Source: Chitinophagales bacterium | GTDB taxonomy: Bacteria; Bacteroidota; Bacteroidia; Chitinophagales; JADIYW01 | Assembly: GCA_035515235.1 (NCBI GenBank) | Contig: DATJBS010000011.1 | Span: forward strand, 5,288 to 69,287 | Reading direction: 5' to 3' | Length of the DNA: 64,000 bases | Shown here: positions 36,937 to 47,951 of the stretch, piece after piece | How the letters are laid out: each line of letters starts with the position of its first letter | Numbering within the stretch: position 1 is the first letter of the stretch | Program-made: the position numbers and the translations under genes | Notes under the pieces: model-generated | Told to the model about the DNA's origin: nothing | What the model saw: only the letters and a program-made list of their open reading frames with translations | Database searches by the model: none

Positions 36937-37725
36937 TTAATAATCCATCAGGTTATCGTATTTAAATTCATAGTTTAATACATCCTTCGATTTTTGGCTA
37001 CTTACTATTTTATAAGTATTGTCAGAATGCTCGTCCAATATAAGATTCGTTTTTCCTAGTTTTTTCAATTCTTTGAGATAGAATTCTTTTCTCATGGGGT
37101 GACTATCCGAACAGGCATTTAAAACTTCATTCCAAGTATTTTTTAATATTATTTGTTCAATGATTCGAATGCAATCTTCCCGATGTATTAGATTGACATA
37201 GCCTTCTGGATTTTTCAATTTGCCTGATTTAATAAAATTACCGGGTTGTCTATCACCGCCAAATAGACCTCCAAATCTTATAATTGCTGATTCAAAAATG
37301 GAATTTGATATAAATAATTGCTCAATTTCTGCAAGAGGAGAATTGATAGTGGGTGTTTCTTCATTGACTATTCCGTTGGTACTTGGATAAACGGATGTCG
37401 AACTAATGAATATGACCTTGCGGACTTCTGATTGTTCAATTTTAGCGATTAAATTTTTATAATCTTCTATATTTTTTGAGGTAATAGCGATGATTAAAAC
37501 GTCAGAGCATAAAAAGTCGGATAAGTCTAGGCTTTTATTGCCAATGTCGATTAGAAATGCTTGGATTTCATTGGATTCTAGTTGACTTAATCTGTTTTCT
37601 GAAGTTGTCGAACCTTTAATTATATGCCCTTTATTGATGAGCTCAATTGCTAAAGGCATTCCAAGCCAACCACATCCTAATATGCTAATTCTTTGATTCA
37701 AAATCCTGTCATTTTTTGTTTTCAT
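36937..37725 (-). CDS. NAD(P)-binding Rossmann-fold (SDR/epimerase-like) protein
   Basis: 262 aa. ISILGCGWLGMPLAIEL GxGxxG motif. Confidence 0.6.
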   Translation of the reverse strand: MKTKNDRILNQRISILGCGWLGMPLAIELINKGHIIKGSTTSENRLSQLESNEIQAFLIDIGNKSLDLSDFLCSDVLIIAITSKNIEDYKNLIAKIEQSEVRKVIFISSTSVYPSTNGIVNEETPTINSPLAEIEQLFISNSIFESAIIRFGGLFGGDRQPGNFIKSGKLKNPEGYVNLIHREDCIRIIEQIILKNTWNEVLNACSDSHPMRKEFYLKELKKLGKTNLILDEHSDNTYKIVSSQKSKDVLNYEFKYDNLMDY

Positions 37726-37885
37726 ACAATGTCAATGCTTTAAATTACGAATAAAAATTTATAGTGAAAATCGATAGAAAGTGTTGGTTTTTAAAAAGAC
37801 AGAGAAAATTAAATTCGAATTTATGATTTGGATAATTAGCGTTACTTTTGAAACTTTGAAATCATTTATTATCAATCTTTAGTTT

Positions 37886-38272
37886 ATGCAGTACGAAGAG
37901 GTATTTAATCTTTTATGGGAACAGTTAAAAGAAAGTATTGAAGAAGAAAGTTTTGCCAAGTTGACTATGGCAAAGACCATCGGTAAGACGGAATTGAAAA
38001 ATATTTATATCAGACCAGTTTATTCGAAAGAGGGATTTTCGGTATTGATGAAATATCGCTATAGATTAAAAGATGTAGAAGATATAGAAAAACAGCAAAC
38101 ATTAGAAGAGGCTTTTGTCATCTTGAAAGAATATCTAAGAAATCCTTTTTCTTCTGTGGTATTATTTACCACATCAAAGGATTTACTTTTCAAAATCAAT
38201 AAAAAAGGAGTGGGGAGCATCACCGAGAACATGCCAACTTTTACAAGTATTAGAGAATCAGATAGAGATTGA
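37886..38272 (+). CDS. hypothetical protein
   Basis: 128-aa ORF with no motif recognised. Confidence 0.4.
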   Translation: MQYEEVFNLLWEQLKESIEEESFAKLTMAKTIGKTELKNIYIRPVYSKEGFSVLMKYRYRLKDVEDIEKQQTLEEAFVILKEYLRNPFSSVVLFTTSKDLLFKINKKGVGSITENMPTFTSIRESDRD

Positions 38273-38299
38273 TAGTCTTTAATTCTAAAGAAGAATCAT

Positions 38300-41200
38300 C
38301 TACTGCACTTTCGTAATCGTAATCTCCACTCTCTGATTCAATTTTCTACCTTGTTCGGTATTATTATCTGCTATGTTTTGAGATTTACCATAACCTTTAT
38401 ACGATAATCTAGCCGGTGGGACACCTTTTGTAATCAAGTAGTCCATGACAGATTTTGCTCTTTTATTAGAGAGTTCATTACAGAAATTGTCATCACATAA
38501 TCCATTTGTATGACCACCAATTTCCATCATTAGCTCTTTGTTTTTAATTAAGAATAGAGCTAATTTATCTAACTCAGCATGTGATTTAGATTGGATAAAT
38601 GTGGCATTAACTACAAAATATACATTTTTGAGCGCGACTTTTTCTCCTACTTGTTTCTTTAAATTATTTAGATCATCATCTATAGAAGGGTCATAGTTGG
38701 CGCTAGCTGCATTAGTGTTTTTATTTGCAGTGACTTGTAGTGCTTGCAGACTATCGAGTTCTCTTTTCAAAGCATTGATATCTTTGTATTGTTGGTTTTT
38801 GAGTGCGTCAAGTTTTTTTCTTTCGATTTCTAGCTTTTCTTTCTCTAATGCCAATTGATCTTTCTCCAATTGCATTTGTGCAATACTTAAAGCAATTTGA
38901 TCTTTTTCATTCAACAATTCTTTTTGTTTCTTTTGTAAGTCATCAGTATTCTGTTGTTGAGAAAAATTGTTTTGAGCAATTTGTTCTTTCATTTGATTCA
39001 GCATTTGAATGCTATCTTCCAAAGCTTTCTTATCAGTATTCCATTGCTCTAAATTAGGTTGTTCTACGATTGCTTTCGATGGGGCAGTAGAAGGCAATTC
39101 TGGAATATATGGTGCCACATTTTCTATTGGAAGATTATTACCATTGACTAGGCTTACATCAGGTTTAGAAGTGCTTGGTTTATTATTTTCTTGAAGTTGG
39201 CGGAGCTTTTCTTCATACTCATTCAATGGTTGATCTGAAGCTTTAGATTTTTCAGGCGAGGTATTATTAGCAATGGGTTCGATTTCAGGAAGAGTAGTTA
39301 TTGCTGGAGATTCTTCGAATTGAATTTCTTTAGAAGGACTATCTTTTGGCGTTAATCTTACAGGAGCTGCAACTTCCTTTTTTGGTTGATTTTGAGCTGC
39401 TTGTAATTGTTGGAGTTTCTCTTCGTAAGCAGTAAGGTTTTTGTTTTTTACAGGAGTGTTATTTTGAGCAATAATATTTGGATTAGAATTGTTTTGAGAT
39501 TGAATTTCTGCTAATTTTTTCTCATAATCACTCAAATTAGTATTGGTCTGATTGGAAGATATTTGCGTAGGTGTTGAAGGTTGCTCTAATTTTACTCTTT
39601 CTAATTGACGTTTTAAATCATTGATTTTTTGATCATAAGATGCATCGTAATTCGAAGTAGGTTGGTAAGAGTAATCTGGAATAATATAGTTGTTATTCGT
39701 GCTAGGAATGGCTTGATATTGCTCTTCTAGTTTTTTCAAATCTTCACTGATCTTATTTTCTTGTTGACTAATATTTGCGATATCACTATTCTCTTTTGAG
39801 TTAGAAGAAGCATTGGGTTGATTGAGCTGTTTTCTTAAATCTTCGATTCTTTTATCTAAGTCAGATACTTGAGGGTCTTGATAAGGTTTTAATTTGGGTA
39901 AATCATAATCTGTACTTGCAAAAAGACCTTGATCTAAGCGCACAGCATCTGGTCTTAATTCTTTCGGCAATTGAATTCTGAAAATGTCGCTATAACCATA
40001 ACCGGTTCTTTCGCTGGAATAATATGCATATTCACCCGAAGCAGGAATAGTATAATAAATATCCATTCCGGGAGTATTGATTTTACTTCCAAGATTGACA
40101 GGAGTGGACCAATTTTTCCAAGTATTGTCTAATCTTTTACTCATAAACATATCGAAATCACCATATCCTGCGTGACCATTCGAAGAAAAATATAAAGTTT
40201 TGCCATCTGCAGCTATAAATACACTCGCTTCTGCACCTGCAGTATTGAGATCTTTACCCATATTCATAGGTTCGGACCAATTGCCATCAGCATATCTAAA
40301 ACTTACGTACAAATCCATATCTCCATAAGTATCTTCTCGCTCAATAGCCATGACCAATACCTTTTCGTCGATACTCAAATGATAGCATGCAAACTTGCTT
40401 TTATTATACATGTTGCTGATATTGAGTGGTTTAGGTTTGCTCCAAGTGCCGTTTTTCTGCCTTTGACTGACAGCTACTCCTTGAGATTCAGTACGATAGT
40501 CGTATTTATTGGCTAGATACATGGTATTTCCATCGGGACTAATTGCACAAACAAAATTATGCTCATCTGTATTTAGTGGTGCTCCGATATTATAAGCTTT
40601 GGACCACATACCGCTAGCTTGCCTTTGAGAAACATAGATATCGTCTTTCTTTTCTACGCCAAAGTTTTCTGGAGATTTTTTTCTGGCAAAATATAATGTT
40701 TTCCCGTCCGGTGAAATAATAGGTAACATGTCATGATAAGGTGAATTGACTCCCGGGCCTAAGTTTTCAGGAGTAGGAAAAGAAGAAGTGTACTCTATAG
40801 TATTAATTTTTGCGACAATTTTTTGTCTGTCAGGTGAGATTCCTATACAATCGATTTGAGGGATGTTTCTAAAACTAGAAAAATTAATTTCTAATCTTAA
40901 TCTAACAGCTTTGTAGGAGGTCAGTGGAATGAAATGATTGAATATTCGCGCGTAGTCTGGACTAGATGGTTTAGGATATGGATTGTTATATACCTGATAT
41001 TCTTTACCTTTTTCATCATATAAGAATATCTTTTCGACTGATCCTGTCAATAAATTTTCACCAATAGCTATTTGTTGTACAGGAGTGGCTTTTTCAAATT
41101 CGACTGTTATAGAAGCTCTTTGCGAATTTGCAGAGGGAGCCCAAGCGACCAAACTTTTTCCATAATTAGGCAAAGCATTGGGAGGACCTAAAACTTGTTG

Positions 41201-41326
41201 TGCACTAAATTCTTTATCTCCAAATTGGGAACTGAATTTAATGACTTTGGAAGCCCAAAACACATTTTGAGCATTTGCTGAAAGAATATATAATAGAGCA
41301 ACAAATAAAAAGCTTATTTTTTTCAT
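38300..41326 (-). CDS. OmpA-family protein with PD40/TolB-like beta-propeller repeats and a long Q/N/K-rich coiled-coil linker
   Basis: The start is set at the internal ATG at 41326 (MKKISFLFVALLYILSANAQ). SPDGKTLYFA-type repeats. C-terminal OmpA domain GHTNGL...NKRAKSVMDYL...NQRVEITI. Confidence 0.8.
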   Translation of the reverse strand: MKKISFLFVALLYILSANAQNVFWASKVIKFSSQFGDKEFSAQQVLGPPNALPNYGKSLVAWAPSANSQRASITVEFEKATPVQQIAIGENLLTGSVEKIFLYDEKGKEYQVYNNPYPKPSSPDYARIFNHFIPLTSYKAVRLRLEINFSSFRNIPQIDCIGISPDRQKIVAKINTIEYTSSFPTPENLGPGVNSPYHDMLPIISPDGKTLYFARKKSPENFGVEKKDDIYVSQRQASGMWSKAYNIGAPLNTDEHNFVCAISPDGNTMYLANKYDYRTESQGVAVSQRQKNGTWSKPKPLNISNMYNKSKFACYHLSIDEKVLVMAIEREDTYGDMDLYVSFRYADGNWSEPMNMGKDLNTAGAEASVFIAADGKTLYFSSNGHAGYGDFDMFMSKRLDNTWKNWSTPVNLGSKINTPGMDIYYTIPASGEYAYYSSERTGYGYSDIFRIQLPKELRPDAVRLDQGLFASTDYDLPKLKPYQDPQVSDLDKRIEDLRKQLNQPNASSNSKENSDIANISQQENKISEDLKKLEEQYQAIPSTNNNYIIPDYSYQPTSNYDASYDQKINDLKRQLERVKLEQPSTPTQISSNQTNTNLSDYEKKLAEIQSQNNSNPNIIAQNNTPVKNKNLTAYEEKLQQLQAAQNQPKKEVAAPVRLTPKDSPSKEIQFEESPAITTLPEIEPIANNTSPEKSKASDQPLNEYEEKLRQLQENNKPSTSKPDVSLVNGNNLPIENVAPYIPELPSTAPSKAIVEQPNLEQWNTDKKALEDSIQMLNQMKEQIAQNNFSQQQNTDDLQKKQKELLNEKDQIALSIAQMQLEKDQLALEKEKLEIERKKLDALKNQQYKDINALKRELDSLQALQVTANKNTNAASANYDPSIDDDLNNLKKQVGEKVALKNVYFVVNATFIQSKSHAELDKLALFLIKNKELMMEIGGHTNGLCDDNFCNELSNKRAKSVMDYLITKGVPPARLSYKGYGKSQNIADNNTEQGRKLNQRVEITITKVQ

Positions 41327-41429
41327 GATTTCATTTCTTATATGCTTACATATCCAAAATTTTGCCAAGATTGGATCTTGTAATTCTTATCTATAATAAA
41401 CAATTTTAATCGACTAAAATTGTGTGTTG

Positions 41430-42815
41430 TTAAAGATGAGTAGTTTGCTTTATAGGTTGAACTTCCTCAGCTAACTGTGGATTTCTCACTCTATACATTA
41501 AGAGTAGTGCTATAATACTTCCTATCATACCTACTAAAGCTGTTAACCTTACCCCTAAATCATTGTCTATACTATTTCCATATAAAAGTAGAGTTGGAAA
41601 TAAAAGACTAGTCATCGAGATACCTAATTTCATGACAAAAAACTTCACGCCAAAAAATGAAGCTGATCTATACTTTCCTGTTTTTAAAGCATCTTCTGTC
41701 GCCATATCAGAAACTAAAGACATCGGTATTATACCAAAAACGGCCATAGGGAAAGTATTCAGTAGAATAATTATAGCAGCAACAGCCCAAATCGGCAGAC
41801 TGATTTTACCTAATATCAATACGAATACAAATAGTAGAGTGAATGAAATAAAGGCAATAATGAGTAAAGTCCTTTGGCTGAATTTTTTAGTTAAAGGTAT
41901 GACTAATGGGAAAGATAAGAAAGTAAATACTGCTGCACCTACGATGACTAATGTTGTGAATTCTTCTTCTAGCTTGAGCAATACCATTACATAGTATGCT
42001 ATACCTAATTGTATAAAATGCGTCGAAAACCAATAGAATAATTCTACCCACATATAGTTTCTAAAATTATCTATTTGTAGAATTTCTTTCATCTGTTGGA
42101 AAGGATGTCCATCTACAGGATCAGATTTTAGACAATACTTATCTTCATTGACAAAAATAATGGGCATCAACATTAATATCATTGCAATAATAGAAAAGAG
42201 TAAAATTAGATATTGAAATGCTTGAGTTCCACTGATTTCAAAGTAATTAGCGACCACACCTTTTAATGCAAATACAGAATTCGCACCTACCATTCCTACT
42301 CCCCAAGTGACTGCTAATAAAGTACTTAATAAGACTCTATCATTTTGAGTATGTCCAAGTTCTGCGATCAATCCATTAAATGGGGTGACGTACACAGATA
42401 AAAAAATGTTGAAACCAATTACTCCAATAGCTAGCCATACTGCATTAATGGGAGACTTTCCATCTACTATTGGGAAAAATGACATGATAGCAAATATTGT
42501 AATCGGTATAAATGCAATAGCTAAAAATGTACGTCTTCTTCCAAATCTAAATCGTGATTTATCGGAAATAGGTCCCATTAAAATGTCAAAAATTGCACTG
42601 ATAACTGTTCCGAAAAACATGAGCATCCCCACGGTGGTAAAACTTAGAAATACAATTTTTCGTTCTATAAATTCTGGAAACACCCCTTCACCCGGTGGGA
42701 TGTAAAAGTAAATGAGCAGAAGCATCAAGCTCGCGTTGACCAAACTCCAGCCGGCCTGACCTAAAGAATACATGATCTTTACAAATAATGGAGTGGTAGT
42801 CAGGGGTTGGCTCAT
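41430..42815 (-). CDS. MFS transporter (glycoside-pentoside-hexuronide:cation symporter-like)
   Basis: 461 aa with about 12 TM segments. GPISDKSRFRFGRRR loop motif. Confidence 0.7.
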   Translation of the reverse strand: MSQPLTTTPLFVKIMYSLGQAGWSLVNASLMLLLIYFYIPPGEGVFPEFIERKIVFLSFTTVGMLMFFGTVISAIFDILMGPISDKSRFRFGRRRTFLAIAFIPITIFAIMSFFPIVDGKSPINAVWLAIGVIGFNIFLSVYVTPFNGLIAELGHTQNDRVLLSTLLAVTWGVGMVGANSVFALKGVVANYFEISGTQAFQYLILLFSIIAMILMLMPIIFVNEDKYCLKSDPVDGHPFQQMKEILQIDNFRNYMWVELFYWFSTHFIQLGIAYYVMVLLKLEEEFTTLVIVGAAVFTFLSFPLVIPLTKKFSQRTLLIIAFISFTLLFVFVLILGKISLPIWAVAAIIILLNTFPMAVFGIIPMSLVSDMATEDALKTGKYRSASFFGVKFFVMKLGISMTSLLFPTLLLYGNSIDNDLGVRLTALVGMIGSIIALLLMYRVRNPQLAEEVQPIKQTTHL

Positions 42816-43035
42816 ATCATAAAATATTGAGTCGCTAAGTTATATATATCACATTGCTTTTTATAGTGCAGCTTTTGAACGGGGACACCTTAGTCTTTGA
42901 TATAAATCAATAAAACACACTTAATTTCACACCTAGTAATCTGATAGAGAGTTTTTATGAACATTTTGTTAAGATAACATAACAAGTATTTGATTTTTTT
43001 GATGGATATTAGGCCTTTAAAAATCTCTTATTTAG

Positions 43036-44409
43036 ATGTCGATTCAACCTCAAGCTAAACCTTCTACTGGTAAATATATTTCATCATTAGACGGTTATAG
43101 AGCATTTGGAACATTAGTAGTGGTGATGCATCATGTTCCTTTTATTTTTCTGAGAACTCCTTTTGCTTATGGATGGTGGGTTTTGCAATCATTTTTTGTG
43201 ATTTCAGGGTTTCTTCTTACTATGCTTTTGCTTAAAGAAAAAGATAAAGGTTATCCTTTCGGAAGATATTTGAAAGAGTTTTATCTCAAAAGATTTTACA
43301 GAATATTTCCTTTGTATTGGACATTTCTGGCAGTATTAGCTCTGATTGTATTTATATTTGGTGTTACTAAGATTCCTTTGATATCGGGTTTCTTAGGAGA
43401 ATACAAACAGAATTGGTGGTTATTTTGGTCCTATACCTATAATTATAAAGAAATCGCCAATTTCCTTCAAAATGTCAAACCTGATTTTAATCCATTCTTA
43501 TCACATCTTTGGTCATTGTCCGTAGAGGAGCAGTTTTATTTGATATTGCCTTTTATGATATTCTTTTTGAGTAAAGACAATTTGAAAAAGCTAGTCATTG
43601 CTATTATAGTTTTATCTCCACTTGCAAGACTTGTCTCTTATTTATACCTCAATCATTTAGCCTATACTCCAGAATACAGTTCTTATTTTAATGATGATCC
43701 CTTTTTAAAAGACAGTTGGATTTCGGTGATTATTTTAAGAGCAACCTGGTGTCAATTGGATTGTTTGGCTTTTGGTATGGCACTCGCGCTGTGGGATTTT
43801 AAATGGATCAAGTCAGCTAAAAAATGGTTCTGGTGGGCATTTTTAGGATTTTTGGTTATCGTAACTGTCAATGGAATTTATACAGCTTCTCTAGTAGAAA
43901 CAGAGAGCTTAGTGAAAATGGCTGAAATCAATCCATTATTAAGAAGAGCAATGTTGATTTTTCCAATGTGGTTTTTGAAATTCTACACATCCGTATCCGA
44001 ACATTTAGTTTTAATTCAGAATTATCACTTTGTATATATTTACACAATTGTCAATTCTTTGTCATTCCTGATAGTATTAAGTTGCATAAGAAATGAACCT
44101 TTCTTAAATTTAATGAAGAATAAGAAAATGATCTATTCAGGTAAAATTACTTACGGCGCTTATTTGTTTCATTATCCTTTGTTAATGTTGCTCATTATTT
44201 TCACTATTCCTATCATGGTAAAAGTGAATAAAATAAGTAGTAAAGTAATTTCTATGTTTATGGGAGATTATTTCGGACTAATTGGTAGTCAATTAACAGC
44301 AGAAGTTGTAACTTTGCTGATATACTTGCCTGCATTGTGGTATTTATCTAAATGGAGTTTCGAGTATTTTGAAATGTATTTTATTAAACTCAAGTATAAA
44401 ATCAAATAA
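43036..44409 (+). CDS. acyltransferase family 3 membrane protein
   Basis: 457 aa. SLDGYRAFGTLVVVMHH at the N-terminus and multiple TM segments. Confidence 0.75.
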   Translation: MSIQPQAKPSTGKYISSLDGYRAFGTLVVVMHHVPFIFLRTPFAYGWWVLQSFFVISGFLLTMLLLKEKDKGYPFGRYLKEFYLKRFYRIFPLYWTFLAVLALIVFIFGVTKIPLISGFLGEYKQNWWLFWSYTYNYKEIANFLQNVKPDFNPFLSHLWSLSVEEQFYLILPFMIFFLSKDNLKKLVIAIIVLSPLARLVSYLYLNHLAYTPEYSSYFNDDPFLKDSWISVIILRATWCQLDCLAFGMALALWDFKWIKSAKKWFWWAFLGFLVIVTVNGIYTASLVETESLVKMAEINPLLRRAMLIFPMWFLKFYTSVSEHLVLIQNYHFVYIYTIVNSLSFLIVLSCIRNEPFLNLMKNKKMIYSGKITYGAYLFHYPLLMLLIIFTIPIMVKVNKISSKVISMFMGDYFGLIGSQLTAEVVTLLIYLPALWYLSKWSFEYFEMYFIKLKYKIK

Positions 44410-44411
44410 TT

Positions 44412-44924
44412 ATGAAAAAAAGGTTTTTAAGTTTTTGCATGGCAACATTCACAGTTGCATTTTTAGTTTCTTGCGGTGGTAACGAAGAAAAAACTTCTGC
44501 TAATGATTACACAGTAACAGAAGATACTGACCAGCAAGATCATGCTGATGAAATCAGTTTAACAATCAATGGCGATGACGCTATGAAGTTTGATGTTAAA
44601 GAAATGACAGTTTATGCAGGTCAAGAAGTAACTATTACTTTGAATCACGTCGGTGTTGCAAGTAAAGCAGTAATGGGTCACAATTTAGTGATTTTAAAGA
44701 AAGGTGTTGATATGGCTGATTTCGCAGCTAGAGCAACTAAGCCAGATGCTGTAGATCATATCCCTGCAGGTTCTGAAAACGAGATTGTAGCTCACACTAA
44801 AATGTTAGGTGGTGGTGAATCTGATACAATTACTTTTACAGCTCCTGAAGCTGGTGAGTATGAGTTCTTATGTTCATTCCCTGGTCATTATGCTATGATG
44901 AAAGGAAAATTCATTGTTAAGTAA
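44412..44924 (+). CDS. azurin-type cupredoxin lipoprotein
   Basis: 170 aa. Lipobox LVSCGG. MGHNLV and CSFPGHYAMMKG copper ligands. Confidence 0.85.
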   Translation: MKKRFLSFCMATFTVAFLVSCGGNEEKTSANDYTVTEDTDQQDHADEISLTINGDDAMKFDVKEMTVYAGQEVTITLNHVGVASKAVMGHNLVILKKGVDMADFAARATKPDAVDHIPAGSENEIVAHTKMLGGGESDTITFTAPEAGEYEFLCSFPGHYAMMKGKFIVK

Positions 44925-44962
44925 TCTTTTTAAGATATCTTTGCAATTAAATAAAAATTATA

Positions 44963-45385
44963 ATGGAGACAGGGTTAATTCATTTGCATTCAACATTAGC
45001 TATTGCTGTATTAGTAGGTTTACTAGTAACAATTTTAATGGCGTTGTTTCAAAAGCCTTTAACGGCTACAACTAGAAAGGTTGCTAAGATTGCAATGATT
45101 CTATTTCACACACAGTTCTTAGTGGGTCTAATTTTATATTTTGTGTCGCCAAGAGGCTCTTTTGCACTTTCTGCAGAAGCTATTTCAATTCCTTCAGTGA
45201 GACTTTATATTGTGGAGCATCCATTAATGGCTTTGATAGCTTTAGTATTGGTCACTATTGGTCATGCTAAAATGAAAAGAGCAACAGGTGATTTAGGAGC
45301 TAAGCCCTTATTGATTTTCTATTCTCTTGGATTGCTTCTAGTTTTATCTAGAATTCCTTGGAGTACATGGTCACTTTTTAATTAA
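44963..45385 (+). CDS. small membrane protein (4 TM)
   Basis: 140-aa hydrophobic ORF downstream of azurin. Confidence 0.45.
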   Translation: METGLIHLHSTLAIAVLVGLLVTILMALFQKPLTATTRKVAKIAMILFHTQFLVGLILYFVSPRGSFALSAEAISIPSVRLYIVEHPLMALIALVLVTIGHAKMKRATGDLGAKPLLIFYSLGLLLVLSRIPWSTWSLFN

Positions 45386-45404
45386 GATTTTTTTAATTTT
45401 TATA

Positions 45405-45431
45405 AGCACTTCTTCGGAGGTGCTTTTTTTG
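45405..45431 (+). terminator. Rho-independent terminator
   Basis: AGCACTTC-TTCG-GAGGTGCT (8 bp including one G-U pair) followed by T7. Confidence 0.8.
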
Positions 45432-45593
45432 TTTAGGCTTATATCAAATATTAAATCAGTACTTTATTTTTCTCTCTGCAATCATTACATTTACTATCAT
45501 TCATAAAAACATTTTAAATCTTCTTTAATTTCAATTTATTGATTTGTATTGCTTGATAAAGATTGTATTTTAGTTGAAATTCATAAATAATAA

Positions 45594-45875
45594 ATGGCAA
45601 CATCAGTTAAGATTATTTTAGACGGTAATGAATATACTATCCAAGTAGAAGACGACCAAACTATTTTGGATGCTGCGATAGAGGCTGAAATAGATCCGCC
45701 ATTTGCATGTAGAGTAGCAGCTTGTTGTACCTGTAAAGCAAAAGTTCTTTCCGGAAAAGTACACATGGACGATGATGATCCATTGAGCGAAGAAGAAATT
45801 GATGAAGGTTTTGTTTTGACTTGTCAGTCACATCCTTTGACTCCAGATGTCGTTGTTTCTTACGATGAGGGTTGA
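45594..45875 (+). CDS. 2Fe-2S ferredoxin (plant-type fold)
   Basis: 93 aa. FACRVAACCTCKAKV...LTCQSHP cysteine pattern. Confidence 0.8.
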   Translation: MATSVKIILDGNEYTIQVEDDQTILDAAIEAEIDPPFACRVAACCTCKAKVLSGKVHMDDDDPLSEEEIDEGFVLTCQSHPLTPDVVVSYDEG

Positions 45876-45957
45876 TTTCTAATGGGATAGAAAGTATATA
45901 ACAATTTGTTAAGTATAGAAACTCTTAGAATTCTTAAATTATTCTCATTTTACTTCA

Positions 45958-46473
45958 ATGATATCACGAAAGCCATCCGAGTCGCTTAATATTCACACAG
46001 AGTTGATCATGCCCGGACAAACTAATCCTATTGGAAACCTTATGGGTGGAAATTTATTAAGTTGGATGGATGTATCCTGTGGTATCAGTGCATTGAAGCA
46101 TTGTGGGACGATTTGTGTGACTGCTAGTGTCGATAACGTTTCTTTTAATTTGCCGATTAAAGTGGGCGATGTAGTAGTAGTGAAATCTTTTGCAACAAGA
46201 GCTTTTAATACTTCTTTAGAAATCTGTTGTGAAGTATATATTCACAATCCTAAAACTCATAAGGATATCCTTTCTCATTCTGCATATTTTACTTTTGTAT
46301 CATTAGGAGCAGATGGGAAAAGTACAAAAGTGCCTCCGCTAGTTCCTGAAACCGAAGCTGAAAAAGTTTTATATGAGACAGCAGCACGTAGGAGAGAAGT
46401 GAGATTAATACTTGCAGGGAAGCTAAAAGCTAACGATGCTATTCTTATGAAATCCTTTTTAGATAACTGTTAA
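45958..46473 (+). CDS. acyl-CoA thioesterase (hotdog fold)
   Basis: 171 aa. NPIGNLMGGNLLSWMDVSCGISA pattern. Confidence 0.75.
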   Translation: MISRKPSESLNIHTELIMPGQTNPIGNLMGGNLLSWMDVSCGISALKHCGTICVTASVDNVSFNLPIKVGDVVVVKSFATRAFNTSLEICCEVYIHNPKTHKDILSHSAYFTFVSLGADGKSTKVPPLVPETEAEKVLYETAARRREVRLILAGKLKANDAILMKSFLDNC

Positions 46474-46589
46474 CTTTGGTCTGCAATTGCATCTCTAATA
46501 TTAATAGATAGAGGTTTGAGTCATATAATTGTTATAAGTTCCAAAAAATATTTCTACTCCTTTAGAAAGCTATTAACTTCAAACCTGAA

Positions 46590-47246
46590 ATGAATTTAAA
46601 TCAAGTCTATCATTTAATTCGCAAAGAAGCATATCTAGAATGGAGAAATAAATCCTTACTAGCTAGTATGCTGATTTATGTGATAGGAGCTTCATTTATA
46701 GTATATTACGCATTTCATGGAGAGATAGAATTTAATGTTTGGTCAGCTATTTATTGGATCATTGTTTTATTTTCAGCAACCAATATTTTAGGAAAATCTT
46801 TCGAAAAAGAAGTCAAGTTTCAGTATTACTATATTCGGTCAGTGGTGCCACCGCTGGAAATGATTGTTTCTAAGTTGATTTACAATGCTCTACTGATATT
46901 TTTATTTGAAGTAGTTATTTTCTTAGAAATGACGCTTTTCTTTGGAATAGAAATGGAGAATTTATGGTTGTTCTTTTTGACTTTGTTTTTAGGTGGAGTA
47001 GGATTCAGTAATTTGTTTACATTATTTTCTACTATTACTTCTAGAACGGGCAATGTAGTATTATTATCAGTTTTAGGTTTTCCCATTATACTTCCTTTAT
47101 TGCTATTAATTTTAAGATTAACAGGCTTTTCGGATGTGGATATGATGGCAGACGATAGAAATTTAAATATAGGAGTAGTAGCTATTTTGGATTTGATCAC
47201 ACTGGTCTTATCGGTAGTTTTATTTCCTTATCTTTGGAATGAATAA
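46590..47246 (+). CDS. ccmB: heme exporter protein CcmB-like
   Basis: 218 aa with 6 TM segments, immediately upstream of ccmC. Confidence 0.6.
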   Translation: MNLNQVYHLIRKEAYLEWRNKSLLASMLIYVIGASFIVYYAFHGEIEFNVWSAIYWIIVLFSATNILGKSFEKEVKFQYYYIRSVVPPLEMIVSKLIYNALLIFLFEVVIFLEMTLFFGIEMENLWLFFLTLFLGGVGFSNLFTLFSTITSRTGNVVLLSVLGFPIILPLLLLILRLTGFSDVDMMADDRNLNIGVVAILDLITLVLSVVLFPYLWNE

Positions 47247-47254
47247 GTTGCAAG

Positions 47255-47941
47255 ATGTTTGAAAAATTTTCAAAACAAATTTGGTGGAAAATAGCAACAG
47301 TAATATTGCTGGTTTACACTTGTACATATGGCTTTTGGGTTAAAATTCCTGATTTGCCTATCCTCGAAGAATCTATTAGGAATTTATTTTTTCATGTTCC
47401 CATGTGGTTTTCTATGATGCTCATGATGTTTTTAAGTTTAGTGTATAGCTTAAGATATTTAGCATCAGGAAATTCAAGGTTTGATGTCATAGCTGCTAAT
47501 ATGGCTATTATCGGCTTGTTAATGGGAGGATTAGGTATTGTAACTGGTATGGTTTGGGCAAAAGTGACTTGGGGAGCATGGTGGGTTTTTGCAGAAGTGA
47601 AATTGAATGCTGCCGCAGCGGCACTTTTAGTTTATATGGCATATTTTATTTTGAGATCATCTTTTGAAGATCCAGAATCTAAAGCTAAGTTTTCAGCAGT
47701 CTATTCTATTTTTGCATTTGTAATGTTCATGGTATTAATTAATGTGATTCCTCGCATCACTTCTTCTTCGCTGCATCCAGGTAATGGAGGGAATCCAGGG
47801 TTTAATTCTTATGATTTAGATGCCAATTTAAGAACCGTCTTTTATCCAGCAGTATTTGGATGGATGGGAATCAGTTTATGGATGAGTACTCAGCTTATCA
47901 GAATAGACATGATTAAAAGAAGATTAAATGATATAGATTAA
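47255..47941 (+). CDS. ccmC: heme exporter / cytochrome c assembly protein CcmC
   Basis: 228 aa. Trp-rich motif WAKVTWGAWWVF. Confidence 0.75.
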   Translation: MFEKFSKQIWWKIATVILLVYTCTYGFWVKIPDLPILEESIRNLFFHVPMWFSMMLMMFLSLVYSLRYLASGNSRFDVIAANMAIIGLLMGGLGIVTGMVWAKVTWGAWWVFAEVKLNAAAAALLVYMAYFILRSSFEDPESKAKFSAVYSIFAFVMFMVLINVIPRITSSSLHPGNGGNPGFNSYDLDANLRTVFYPAVFGWMGISLWMSTQLIRIDMIKRRLNDID

Positions 47942-47951
47942 TTTTTTAAAA

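Noticed and set aside
37886-38272. 128-aa ORF considered as a truncated N-terminal fragment of a larger (methyltransferase-associated) gene
   Set aside because: I could not support the family assignment from motifs. It is kept as a hypothetical protein only.
41563-42705. 143-aa and 106-aa plus-strand ORFs
   Set aside because: They are antisense to the MFS transporter gene. Their hydrophobic composition is the mirror of a membrane-protein gene.
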